Positions 1 through 12,149 of a DNA stretch of 64,000 bases are shown here, in pieces (position 1 is the stretch's first letter; every line of letters starts with the position of its first letter). This DNA comes from Azolla caroliniana. Lineage: Eukaryota; Plantae; Polypodiophyta. The translations under genes were made by a program, and so were the position numbers. Under the pieces are notes generated by a model. The model did no database searches and was not told the DNA's origin. It saw only the letters and a program-made list of their open reading frames with translations. The stretch is taken from the NCBI GenBank assembly GCA_043228905.1, contig JBHGNT010000016.1, positions 16,926,001 through 16,990,000 of the forward strand, read 5' to 3'.

Positions 1-1032
1 GGCCGCATTCTTAGCAAGGTGGATGGCACTTTGACTGTCGCAATAGAGCCGGTATTCATCTTGCCGAATACCGAGCTCTCTGATGAAGTCCTTCATCCAT
101 AATATTTCCTTGCGGGCTTCCACAACCGCCATGTACTCCGCCTCCGTGGTTGACAGTGCAACCGTCTTCTTCAGCCTCGACTGCCACGAAACAGCTCCCC
201 CTGCATATGTCATTACATACCCGGATGTAGACCGGCTGGTATCCACATCAGCCGACATGTCCGAATCGGTAAAACCGTCAAGTTGAGGTTTTCCGGAGCC
301 GAATCGGAGACACATATTTGAAGTGCCCTTCGAATACCAGAGTATCCATTTGACCGCGTTCCAATGCTCCTTGCCGGGATTGCTCATGAACCGGCTCACC
401 ACTCCGACTGCGTATCCTATATCCGGTCGGGTACACACCATTGCGTACATCAAGCTCCCGACGGAAGAGGCATATGGAATCTTCATCATATCCACCCTCT
501 CTGCTTTCGTCTTCGGGCTTTGCTTACCGGATAGCCTGCAGTTTGCCGGAAGTGTCGATCCGACTGGTTTCGCATCTGACATGTTGAACCGGTGAAGCAC
601 CTTTGTCACATACTTCTCTTGTGACAGCCATAATTGCTTCTTTGACCGGTCCCGAATGATGTGCATCCCCAGCATCTGTCTTGCCGGACCCAAGTCTTTC
701 ATTGAGAAGGTCCGGTTGAGAGCCTTCTTCAGCATCCGTATTTTCACTTGGTCACGTCCGACGATCAACATATCGTCCATGTACAGAAGGAGTATTAGGA
801 AGTCGCCTCCTTCGAACTTCTTCACAAACACGCAGTGATCGGCCTACGTCTTGTGGTACCCTTGATCGGCCATGAAGGAATCGAACTTCCGGTACCATTT
901 CCGGGGGGCCTGCTTCAACCCGTAGAGGCTCTTCTTCAACCGGCAAACCAGGTGCTCCTTCCCTTTCTCCACGAATCCTTCCGGTTGCTGCTTGTAGATC
1001 TCCTCTTCGAGGTCGCCGTGAAGGAATGCCGT
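1..1032 (-). pseudogene. Copia-A reverse transcriptase/RNase H, 3' part
   Basis: AFLHGDLEEEIY, LKKSLYGLKQAPRKW, LLLYMDD, and STTEAEY on the minus strand. In-frame stop near 844. Confidence 0.9.
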
Positions 1033-1470
1033 TGTCATGAACAGTACTGAGATAGAGAAGGAATTAGTACTAAACGAAGGATTAGTACTATGAGAGGTGT
1101 GGAACTTCTTCGAGAGAAGGAAGAAGTGAGCGAGACAGAGAGAAAGAGAGAGATAGAGAGAGAGAGTGTGTGTGATGATAAGAAAGAGATGTATTATATG
1201 AAGAGAATATACAATGGTGGCTAAAAGGCTTAAGAGTGGCGTTGAACCAATTTGGTTCAACATAATGCCTAGTGCCCTCTTTTATAGTGTTTTCAGGAGT
1301 AATCTTGAAGCTTCTAGAATGTTCCAGAGAAATCTGGAATATACACTAATTTCCTAGAATAAAATGTAAATGAAAATAATATCCTACGTATTACAATAGA
1401 TGGTCTAATGGTCAAGAACTTGACCCATATAACCTAAGGTCATGGGTTCGAGTCTTGCCATATCATGACA
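1033..1470 (-). repeat. 3' LTR of the Tcn1-like chromovirus
   Basis: Direct repeat of 5922-6359 with about 7 differences counted by eye. PPT (minus TTTAAAGGGGGGATAG) at 1471-1486. Confidence 0.95.
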
Positions 1471-4400
1471 CTATCCCCCCTTTAAAACGGCGAGTGTCAC
1501 GAGTCGTCTTGGATTGAGGACCCGGTTTGTGTGGATATTGACGATGGAAGTCTTCAAGAAGAGCACGAGCATTGGTTACATTCTCGATCGGTTCCCAAGT
1601 ACGTTCGCTAGGGCTATAGCCTAGCCAATCGACTAGATAATAGAGCTTGTTGCGAACAATCTTCGAATCAAGGATGGCGGCAACCTCGTACTCCGGCCCA
1701 TCTTCAAGCTCGATTGGGGGTGGAGGTTGGATAAGACGTCCTGGGATGGTGCTCTCATGGTAGGGTTCGAGGAGAGAACTATGAAACACCGGATGTATCT
1801 GAAGTTCAGGAGGTAGATCAAGACGAAAAGCGCGACATCATTAATCTTTCCAATAATACGGAAAGGACCTAATCGCTGATAATCGAACTTCTCACATGGG
1901 CGAGTAGTCTTGATGTGTCGTCGTAGCAGCCACACCCGATCTCAAATATAAAACTGGATGGAAGTCGATGACGATCCGCGTAGACCTTGTGTGTTTGTTG
2001 AGCTTGCTGGAGATGAGTAGATAAATCCGCTTGTATCTTGCGTAACCGCTCCAAACGATCCTCCGCGCACGGATTTGTGGACACCTCTGGGGTTTCAAGT
2101 ACACTCCACCTTAGTACATGGCAAGAAATGAGCCATCTTCTTATATCGATCGACCACAGTTAGAATCGCATTGAACCCCTTAGAGATTGGAAGATCTGTG
2201 ATGAAGTCTAGAGCAATGGATTGCCATGGCTTGCTTGGAATTAGTAATGGTTCTAATAAACCATATGGATGATGCCTTGGCATTTTCGCTCTGCAACATG
2301 TATCACAAGTCCGAACAAAATCCTCGACAAATTGTCGCATACAGGGCCACCAGAATGATCGTTGTACTAAATGTAATGTTTTAGTACTACCAAAATGCCC
2401 AACTGTATATGTGTCATGACAATTTTGTACTACTCGAAGGCGGCAAGAACCATTAGGAACATACAAAAGTTCTTTAAAGAAGAGTAATCCATCATGGTAT
2501 TTGAATTGCCGATAGTCCGTACCTGGTGGTTGCAACTGTGAACACGACGCTCAAGAGGGATCAATTTGTGCTAGTATAGCTTGGGCGAACGCATCTGTCT
2601 TCAAGTCTTCACGTATGGTATCGATAACGCGGGAATCCATAGGCATGTCAAAGATCTGTGTTGCTTGTAGTCGTGCTAGTCCCAAGATGACTTGTTTTTG
2701 GTTATCGAAAGCTGGCTCACCGGGACGGGGTGCTAGATACGAACGCCGTGATAATGCATCTGCCTTCCCTTGGTGCCTCCCCGGACGATATGTAATTTTG
2801 AAGTCGAAACGCGTGAGGAAGTGGGCCCACCGAGCTTGACGTCGATTCAACACACGAGCATCCTGAAAGTAGGCAAGATTCTTGTGGTCACTAAATACGG
2901 TGACTGGATGAGAGGATCCCTCCAGAAAATGCCTCCATTGCATAAAAGAATCCACTACTGCCAATAGCTCCTTATCATGAATTTCGTAGTTGATTTCGGC
3001 GGCATCAAACTTGCGTGAGTGAAAAGCCACAGGATGTGGCTTCTCATCATTCCCCTGTTGTGACAGAATGCTCCCCAATGGAAAATCCGATGCGTCAGCT
3101 TCGAGAATGAATGGTTTTTCCGGATCGACATGAGCTAGAATTGGAGCCGATGTAAATGCCTTTTTAAGACTCTCATAAGCCATGTCCGTTTCTTCAGACC
3201 AGATGAACGGTTGTCCCTTACTGGTAAGTTGTGTGAGAAGTAGAACGATCTTTGAGTAATCTTGTATGAACTTCCGGTAAAATTGGCAAATCCTAAGAAG
3301 CATTGCACATCCCGCACCGAACGCGGAGTCTGCCATTCTACCACCGTTTTGACCTTAGCTGGGTCCATGGAGATGCCTTCTGACAAAATGATGTAGCCAA
3401 GAAATTCCACTTGGTTTCACCCGAAACTACATTTTTCCAGCTTTGCATACAGACCATGTTCTCGAAGTCGTTTTAGTACTAATGGTACATGAGAATCATG
3501 TTCTTCTTGGGTCTTTGAATAAACCAGTAGATCATCCAAATAGATGATCAAACAATCATCCAATAGATCTCGGAATATATCATTAGCCATGTGCTGGAAG
3601 ACTGTCGGTGCATTAGTGAGGCTGAACGGCATGACAGTATACTCGAAGTGCCCATATCTGGTGCGAACCGCGGTCTTCCATTCGTCTCCTGGTCGGATCC
3701 GTACGAGGTTATATGCTCCCCGTAAGTCGATCTTCGTGAAGAACCTGGCACCATTGATCCGTTCTAAAAGACTTGAGATAAGGGGAAGAGCATACCTATT
3801 CCTGATTGTAACCTTATTCAAGCCACGGTAATCTACAATGAGACGAAGCGATCCATCTTTTTTCTTGACGAAGAAAATGGGCGCGCCGGCTGGAGATTTC
3901 GAATGCCGAATGAAACCATTTTCCAAATTCTCCTCTATATAGGCCCGAAGGACTTCCAGCTCGGTTGGTGACAAATTCTAGATCGGTCCCCATGGCGGCT
4001 CTTTTCCCGGTTGTAAATTGATGGGGCAATCATACGGTCGATGATGAGGAAGTGTGTTGGCTTGTACTTTATCGAACACATCGGCGTAATGACGATACTT
4101 CTCGGGAAGTTGAACGGTGGATTCTTCTTTAGTGGTGCTGGAGGGGTTTACTGATATTGCAAAGAGGAACATTTCCTCCTTGTGCCCTTCTTTACGCAAC
4201 TGACGTAGCGAAATGGTTGCCATCTTCTGAGTTGACCCTTGGGTTTGTCGACACCGGTTTTCTCGTGTTCTCCAATCTATGTCTGGGTTATGTAACTCGA
4301 ACCACGGTAGTCCTAAAACTATAGGATGTTCTGGGATACTAATAATATTAAATGATACTACACATGCTAAGTTATCTAGGACAATATTAATGGGCTCTGA

Positions 4401-4667
4401 CTCTTCTATGATATTTCCGGAAGCAATGGGACGTCCATCAATGACTACTACAGAGGCTGGACACTGGAGTTTTCTTAGGGATATCTTATGACCTTGAGCA
4501 AATTTCTTATCCATAAAGCAAGAGTTAGCTCCGGAATCTAGGAGTGCTAGGACATGTACTGGAGGGGTACTTTTAGTACTAACTATTACTTGGGCTATGA
4601 ACACATCATTAACTTGCTTAGAGGGAATGGAACCACTAATGGGTTGCACAGATCTAGGGCCGTCCAA
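1463..4667 (-). pseudogene. Gypsy pol (protease, RT, RNase H, integrase, chromodomain), frameshifted
   Basis: LLDSGANS protease, IYLDDLL RT, LEADASD RNase H, HHCC integrase zinc finger, and EYEVAAILDS...YLVDWLGYSPSERTWEP chromodomain, spread over several ORF pieces. Confidence 0.93.
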
Positions 4668-4693
4668 ACAAACGGCTCCTATTTTGGCCGGAC

Positions 4694-5776
4694 TTAGTCG
4701 TATAACTCTTCTTCTAACTGACTAAGGACATCAAATTTGTTTGCTAGATCTGGGATATTAGTACTATTAGGACTATCAGATATCCCTACTGAAATAGGCT
4801 CAGATTTAGTACAATTAGAACTAGCGATTATTTGGTTTACCTGTCTTCTTGGCCTATGGGGGCAATTTATTGCGATATGTCCTGGTCCACCGCAGTAAAG
4901 ACATAGTCGATTTGTACGGCGTCGCTGCTTTTCTTCTTCGGATAATGGCCCTCGACGACGTGTAGTGTCAATCTCCATCGGAGTCGGAGTATTCGCTAGA
5001 GGCGCATTATATGACTCCCTCGGAAAAGGTCTTGCTACCACTGAGGCGTAGGTGGGCTCTGATCTTGCCCTTGGCATCTGTAGCTGTCGTTCCGAACGTC
5101 GCTCAAAGAGGCGGTTGTCACATCTCACCGCTCAACTGATTGCTTCTGTTAAGGACTTTGGCTCTTCGGGGAAGGTCAAGAGTAAATCCTTGACGTCGTT
5201 GCGTAAACCATAACGGAATTGCTCCATCAACGCTTGATCATCCTAAGGGATATCGGTGGCGAGTAGGCGAAAATCTGCAGCGTATGTGGAGGCTAGACGG
5301 TCACCTTGGCGTAATCGCCGGATTTTGTTGATTGCGGTCCTGATGCTGTCAGTATCTCCGAAACATGCTTTAAACTCACCTAGAAACTCTTCAAAATTGT
5401 TGAGTAACGGAGATTCCTTTTCTAATAGTGGAGCGAACCATGACAACGCTGAGCCACTTAACAAAGTGCCTACTAAACCCACTCGTGATGCATCGGTGGG
5501 ATATCGGGAAGGATGCATTTGAATAACTAATCGTACCTGGTTAAGGAACCCTCTAAACTGCGATCGCGTTCCATCGAACTTCGTGGGAAGGCCAATCTTA
5601 GGTTCTTTATGAATCCCTTGTGTTCCGGGCCCTTGTTGTTGCATCGCTACGATGGTGGCTTCGAGTTGTTGCACGCGTAACACAAGTTCCCCATGCTGTT
5701 GTTGCGTTTGCTGCTTTTCTAAGGAGATTTGCTGAAGATCCCCCCAACTACCGTTGGTTTTCTTGTTCCAAAGCAT
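4694..5776 (-). pseudogene. Gypsy gag with CCHC zinc knuckle, one premature stop
   Basis: PTKFDGTRSQFRGF, PMEID and CLYCGGPGHIAINC. TAG replaces a probable TGG at 5243. Confidence 0.9.
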
Positions 5777-5907
5777 GTAACTTCTCCTTCAAGCATTGAA
5801 ATTCCGAGAAAACTGATTGATATTCTTCAGTGCTAACAGTGGCCATGGGATGAAAGAAAAGAGGAAATAAAGATTAGCAGGAAATGAGAGAGACAAAAGG
5901 TAGGGCA

Positions 5908-5919
5908 AAATTGGTTCAA
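5908..5919 (-). promoter_or_regulatory. Non-tRNA primer binding site, complementary to the element's own LTR
   Basis: Minus-strand TTGAACCAATTT, 2 nt after the 5' LTR, is complementary to AAATTGGTTCAA at 6142-6131. Confidence 0.75.
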
Positions 5920-5921
5920 AC

Positions 5922-6359
5922 TGTCATGAACAGTACTGAGACAGAGAAGGAATTAGTACTAAACGAAGGATTAGTACTATGAGAGGTGTGGAACTTCTTC
6001 GAGAGAAGGAAGAAGTGAGCGAGACAGAGAGAAAGAGAGAGATAGAGAGAGAGTGTGTGTGTGATGATAAGAAAGAGATGTATTATATGAAGAGAATATA
6101 CAATGGTGGCTAAAAGGCTTAAGACTGGCGTTGAACCAATTTGGTTCAACATAATGCCTAGTGCCCTCTTTTATAGTGTTTTCAGGAGTAATCTTGAAGC
6201 TTCTAGAATGTTCCAGAGAAATCTGGAATATACACTAATTTCCTATAATAAAATGTAAATGAAAATAACATCCTACGTATTACAATAGATGGTCTAATGG
6301 TCAAGAGCTCGACCCATATAACCTAAGGTCATGGGTTCGAGTCTTGCCATATCATGACA
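5922..6359 (-). repeat. 5' LTR of the Tcn1-like chromovirus
   Basis: Direct repeat of 1033-1470. Minus-strand TATAAAAG at 6175-6168 and a CT microsatellite in the R/U5 region. Confidence 0.95.
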
Positions 6360-9211
6360 ACCGTCTTCACGTCTAGCTGCTCTACCTCGAGGTCCATGCT
6401 TGCCGCTATACTCATCACCGTCCGGATGGAGGTCATCTTTACTACCGGGGCAAATATCTCGTCGAAGTCCACGCCCTTCTTCTGCTGGAACCCCTTCACC
6501 ACGATCCTGGCTTTGTATCTACGGGGGTTGTCGGCATCTCCCAGTTTCAACTTGTACACCCACTTGTTTCGGAGTGCCCGCTTTCCTTTCGGCCACTCCA
6601 CCAATTCGTACGTATGGTTCTCATGCAGGGAATCCATCTCATCCTGCATGGCACTTAACCATTTTCGGTTGTGGGTGTCTTCCTTCGCTTCTTCGAAGCT
6701 TTCCGGCTCCCCCTCATCGCTCAGCAGAACATGCTCTGCATCCGGAAATCTCCGGGGGGCCCTTCTCTCTCTGAGAGGATATCTTCGTCTCTGGGCTTCG
6801 GTGACCGGCTCATCCATTTGCTCTTCATCTGAATCCGATTCGGGGTCTTGGCCGGTTCCGGTTTCAGCTTCCTCTACTTCTTCTTCAGCCCGTTCGGTAT
6901 CCTCACCATAACCGTCTAGTCCCTCGAGTGCTAACCGGTCTCTTGTCGATTGGGTCTGCTCATCGTAGAGTCGATCCTTACCGGTCGACTCAGAGTTCAT
7001 TATCTTCTTCTCCGACTCCCAGTCGGCGAGCGTCTTGTTCTCCATGAAGATAATATCTCGACTCCGGAATACCTTCTTGTCGACCAGGTCCCACACTCGG
7101 TAGCCGAACTCATCGTCACCATAACCGAGGAATATGCATGGCCGGGTCTTTGGATCTAACTTTCCTCTCCGGTCCTTAGCTACATGCACGTACGCGAGAC
7201 ACCCGAACACCTTCAGATGCCGGTAGGATACTTCCTTACCGGTCCACACTCTCTGTGGCGTGTCTCCGTCCAAGGGTACTAAGGGTGATCTATTTATCAC
7301 ATATGTCGCCGTCGACAGTGCCTCAGCCCAAAACTTCTTGGGTAGTTTTGCATGCGCTAGCATACTCCGGACCCTCTCGATTAAGGTCCGGTTCATCCTC
7401 TCGGCCAGTCTGTTTAGTTCCAGCGTCTTCGGCACGGTAAATTCGAGCCGGATTCCCTTCGAGCGGCAGTACTCCTCGAATTGGCCCCGGTATTCTCCTC
7501 CGTTATCTGCTCGAACCGCCTTCAGCTTCCGGCCGGTTTCTCTTTCCACTCTCGCGTGGAGCTCTTTGAAGACGGATAACACCTGATCCTTCATCTTCAA
7601 CGGTGTGGCCCACAGCTTCCGGCTGTGCTCATCTATGAACGTCACGAAGTACTGCGCTCCGGCATGTGACTTCGTGTCTACTTGACACACATCCGTATGC
7701 ACCAACTCCAGTGGTGCATTACATCTCATCGGTGGCCCTGGTCGGAAGGAGGTTCGGTTCTGCTTACTGGCCAGACAATTAGTGCACTTCTCTAAGTGCA
7801 CGTTCTTCATTGGAATGAGGTTGTCGTCTGCAAGCCTCTTCATCCCCTTCTCACTCATATGACACAGCCTCTTGTGCCACAGCTCACCGGCAGTGTCGGA
7901 TGCCACGTTCACTTCTTCCGGGCATAACCGGGCATTCATCAGGTACAGTGTGTTTACTTTCCGGGCCCGAGCCACAATCAGGCTCCCTTTACTGAACTTC
8001 ATGACACCGTTCCGGATGCTACCCGTGTAGCCCTCATCATCTAGCCGACCGGCTGATATCAGGTTCAGTCGAACCTCTGGAACGTGTCGGACATCCCTCA
8101 GTAGCAACTTGCATCCGGTTGGTGTCGACAGCCATACGTCTCCTATGCCGACAATTTGGCATGTACCTTTATTCCCCATCCGGACACAGTCGTGATCACC
8201 GGCTGAGTAGGATGAGAAGCATTTCCGGTCCGGGGTAAGGTGGAACGATGCTCCGGAGTCTACCACCCAAGTCATCTCGTCGCCGGCAAGGTTTATCTCA
8301 CTCTTCTCGGTGATGAGCATCAACTCTTCTTCACTTGCCGCGATTGCCGTCGTTCCCTTCCGGTCCGGCCCCCTCCCGTCTTTACCGTTCCGGTCCGGAG
8401 TCCGCTTCAAATCGGTACCGTCGGTCTCCTTATCTTTTCGGAAATGCCGACAGTTCTTTTGGAATTGCCCCGGCTTGCCGCAATAGAAGCAAGTGGGCCT
8501 CCCCCTTGACTTTGACCGTGTCCCCGACTTCTCCCGGTTCTGGGGACTACGGTTTCTATGTCTTCCACGTTCTGATTCGGTAAGGAGCGCTTTGGAGTCG
8601 GAGCTCGTATCTTTATCTTTCCGACGCGCCTCCTCATCTAGCAAGCTCGACTTTACTCTTGCTAGGGATAACCGTTTTCCTTCCGGCCCGGCTTTGCCCA
8701 AAGTGACAACCAGCGTCTTCCAGCTATTCGGGAGGTAACCGAGCAGGAGTAGCGCTCGTACCTCATGGGCGAGAGGTACTTCCAATGAAGTTGCTTGGTG
8801 GATCAGCCCCTGGAAGGCGTTCATGTGCTCCGCCATGCTGGAGCCATCTTGGTACCGGAGTCTTACTAGCTTCCGGAATACTGAAACCTGATTAACAACA
8901 TTTTTGTTTTGAAACATTATGCCGATCTTCTCCCAGAGCTCATGAGCCTTGCTCTCTTCATTGAAGTTGTTATACAAGCTCATGTCGATGAAGCACCGTA
9001 TGTACGCCGTTGTCTTCATGTGCATCACCTCCCATATCGCAGTGTCGATTTTGTCCGGTCTCTTGTCCCCGAACTGAACCATAGCCAGAGGTCTTAAACC
9101 ACGAGCATGTCCCTCATCTTCGACTTCCACACTGAATAGTTGGAGCCGGTGAGCTTGGACATGCCGCCAAATGATTCGTCCATTTTCTGTGTCGTTTCCC
9201 ACAGGCTGCAA
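6360..9211 (-). pseudogene. Copia-A gag-pol polyprotein (gag, zinc knuckle, protease, integrase, RT start), cut by the insertion
   Basis: 960-aa ORF: CFYCGKPGQFQKNC, WVVDSGAS, LWHKRLCH, VHTDVC, RADNGGEY, YKARIVVKG. The N-terminus is frameshifted relative to the sister copy at 28278-28650. Confidence 0.93.
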
Positions 9212-9806
9212 ACTATCACTATGTTGGAATGTACAAACAGTGAGTTCATGGAGGCAACGACCTCGTGCTCACGATCTTTGCCACAGGCGGCAGTTACAAC
9301 AGAGGCAACAACCTCTTTCTCTCTCTCTCTCTCTGTACACTGTTACGCGCCCTAATCTCGTGCAAAACAGAAATGACAACAACAACAACAGTTTGCCCTA
9401 AGTCATATTTATACTAATATGACTTTTCGGCTATTTACAAATATAGCCTTGATGGACTCTCAGAAACATATTTACGAATAGCTCTCTTCATCCAGTGAGC
9501 ATTCCTCACCGGGCTTGCACCATCCGGCTCTCCGTAGCCAGGTACTCCTCATCCGGTTCTCACCGGGTCTGCACCATCCGGCCCTCCGTAGCCGGGTACT
9601 CCTCTTCCGGTTCTCACTGGGTCTGCACCATTCGGCTCTCCGTAGCCGGGTACTCCTCATCCGGTTCTCACCGGGTCTGCACCATCCGGCTCTCCGTAGC
9701 CGGGTACTCCTCTTCCGGTTTCGGCCAAGGCCTATCGGCCTCGACCGAGATTGTTCGTCGGCACTGTTCTTCTCCCTTCCCATCCGGAGGGACCTGTCTC
9801 CCAACA
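9199..9806 (-). repeat. Copia-A 5' LTR with U5 end and PBS deleted
   Basis: Homologous to the Copia-B LTRs (GAGGCAACGACCTCGTGCTCAC, GTCATATTTATACTAATATGAC). It joins directly to the gag leader at GTCGTTTC|CCACA. Confidence 0.8.
9505..9720. repeat. 54-bp CCGG-rich tandem repeat, about 4 copies, in the LTR U3
   Basis: CTCACCGGGTCTGCACCATCCGGCTCTCCGTAGCCGGGTACTCCTCATCCGGTT repeated with a period of 54. Confidence 0.92.
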
Positions 9807-11145
9807 CATCCGAAGATGATGAGGAACAATCCACATTGTATATTAGTTATAGTGGCGACTCTGGATCATGATACGAGTGATTTTTATAAATGTTACACTC
9901 GTCAATGTAATTTTGGTATCTATTGCAAGAGAGTGTCGTTTGTAATACTCAAAAGATGTAAAAGTTATGTTTAGAAATATTATTGCTTTGTACAAACATT
10001 GTTTGCTATAAAATACATAACTTCTTGACTTCTCAGTGATAGTGAATACTATACCATTTGGATTATAGCATAATTTTAGCGTTTTTTCAAGTTTAGGAAA
10101 TGATGAATTTTTGACGTTTTCCAACGGTATTTTGAGAACATGTGATGCTGGTATCATTATGTTTTGTGAATAGAGTACCTAAACCCCAAAATTAGAAGGA
10201 ATATTCCTTATCCTTCCACTTTTGAACGCGAACGTGTTAAGATTGGAAAAGGGCCAACCTTTGTGATGAAACACAAGTCAAACTCAATGAGGACGACCAC
10301 TTCCAGATCGGAGGAGGTGTGGTACTTTGACTCTGGAGTGTCTAACCACATGACGAGCCATGAAGAGTGGTTCTCGTTTCTGGAAAAGCTGGAGCAACCA
10401 GGAGTTGTCGAAACCAGAGAAAACACTCCTCACGCAATTGTGCATTTCGGATAAGTCCCTTTACGTCATGTCAGATAAAAGGGAAAGGTAATGAATGTAT
10501 TACATGTTCCGAAGATCACAAAGAACTTGGTGTCGGTCGGGCAGATCGTCGACCAGGGAATGCAGGTGCAGTTTACGCACCTCGGGTGCTTCATAGAGGA
10601 AGAAAGGTGGATAATGACACAAGGGCGTCAGGACGGGAGGATGTTCATCCTCAACACCAATGACGTCCACTCCATTATGCTCACAAAAGGTCAGAAGATC
10701 GAATTGGATATCGATCTGTGGCAAAAGTAGATTGGTCACGTCAAGTACCAGAGGCTGCAAGACCTACAATCGAAATAGGTTGTTTTTGGATTGCCAAAAC
10801 TCAGTGTCCAAAAGGCCCAAATATGTGAGGCATGCCAACTCAGGAAGCAACACCGACTTCCCTTCCCCTCCAAAAGAAACCAGAGCCATAACAAGCTCGA
10901 TCTAATACATTGGAATGTATGGGGCTCGTCACAAAACGTTAGTCTTGGCAGGATCTACCTCATCGAGATACCTCATCGAGATGAAAAGCGAAGTCTTCGA
11001 CTGTTTCCGGAACCTTTAAAGCTTAGTCAAAAGGGAAACAGAGAGGAAGATCAAGTGCCTGTGGTCCGATGGCGGAAAAGAATATTTTTCCGGCCAATTC
11101 AAAGGAATTCAGAGAGAATTCAACTACAAGTACACACCGGAACAA

Positions 11146-11313
11146 AACTGTGTGGCTGAGATAAAGAAACGGTCAATTGTCGACGCGACAAGGGAAATGC
11201 TAACTGTGTGGCTGAGATAAAGAAACGGTCAATTGTCGACGCGACAAGGGAAATGCTAATTGTGTGGCTGAGATAAAGAAACGGTCAATTGTCGACGCGA
11301 CAAGGGAAATGCT
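11146..11313. repeat. 56-bp tandem triplication inside the Copia-C integrase
   Basis: AACTGTGTGGCTGAGATAAAGAAACGGTCAATTGTCGACGCGACAAGGGAAATGCT x3. Confidence 0.95.
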
Positions 11314-11547
11314 GGAAAAAGGAGCATGCTCAAGTTCTATTGGGCCGACGCGGTCTGGATGGCTGTCTACATCCAAAACCAAATTGGGGATAAGGTATCA
11401 GCACACGAGCAATATTTCGGGCGGAAGCCAAATTTAAGACATCTTAAGATATTCGGTAGCATTGCATATGTACATGTGCCGGATGAGAAGTAGAGAAAGC
11501 TGGATCCGAAGTCGGAGAAGTGCATCCTTTTCGGATAATCACATGAG

Positions 11548-12140
11548 TGACGCGAAATATGCGTATGCAGAATATATCACGGCCACAACCAAGACTTGAA
11601 TCACTTCGTGAGAATCACAACCACAAACAAAATGGCCAATGAAGATAAATACACGCACATACAAATAGTATGAGAGAGAGTACACAGGATGTTTTACGTG
11701 GAAAAACCTAAACGGGAAAAACCACGGGAGCCCACAAGCTCCAAACTATCACAATGACTTAGAGGAATAGAATAGGGGAACACAGAGGCAACGACCTCGT
11801 GCTCACAATCTTCGCCTAACGGTGGTTACAGCAGAGACTCACTCTGTATCTCTCTCTCTCTCACTTTGACTTTGTATAGCAGTTACACTCAATAACTCTA
11901 TACAACAAATAATGATCAACTACCATAGGAGTTTGCCCTAGGTCATATTTATACTAATATGACTTTCAGGCTATTTACAAATATAGCCCTAGTGGGCTCT
12001 TTGGAACATATTTGCATATATGACCCTTCATCCGGTGAAAGGTTCTCACTAGGCCTGCGTCATCCAGTTCTCACCAGGTCTTCCTTGCCGGTTTTGACCG
12101 GACCTTCATCAACACATCCGGAGGGACCAAAATCCTAACA
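11548..12140 (-). repeat. Copia-B 3' LTR
   Basis: TGACGCGAAATATGCG...AATCCTAACA, matching 28683-29505. Confidence 0.92.
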
Positions 12141-12149
12141 AACTCCCCC

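Larger units (their letters stand above)
1033..6359 (-). mobile_element. Full-length Ty3/Gypsy chromovirus (Tcn1/Tf1-like), nested in the Copia-A RT
   Basis: Two 438-bp LTRs (TGTCATGA...TCATGACA), target duplication GCCGT/ACCGT, gag-PR-RT-RH-INT-chromodomain order, and a PPT next to the 3' LTR. Confidence 0.95.
1..9806 (-). mobile_element. Ty1/Copia LTR retrotransposon (Copia-A), runs off the window start, interrupted by a Gypsy insertion at 1033-6359
   Basis: Domain order gag-PR-INT-RT-RNaseH. The RT motif EQLDVKT (6360 side) continues as AFLHGDLEEEIY (1032 side). The 5' LTR outer end reads ...CCCAACA at 9806. Confidence 0.93.

Noticed and set aside
1398-1462. Possible tRNA gene
   Set aside because: No acceptor stem or convincing anticodon arm. 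It is part of the LTR, so it is reported only as an A/B-box cassette.
9472-9974. ORFs with 18-aa repeats on both strands
   Set aside because: Translations of the 54-bp LTR tandem repeat.
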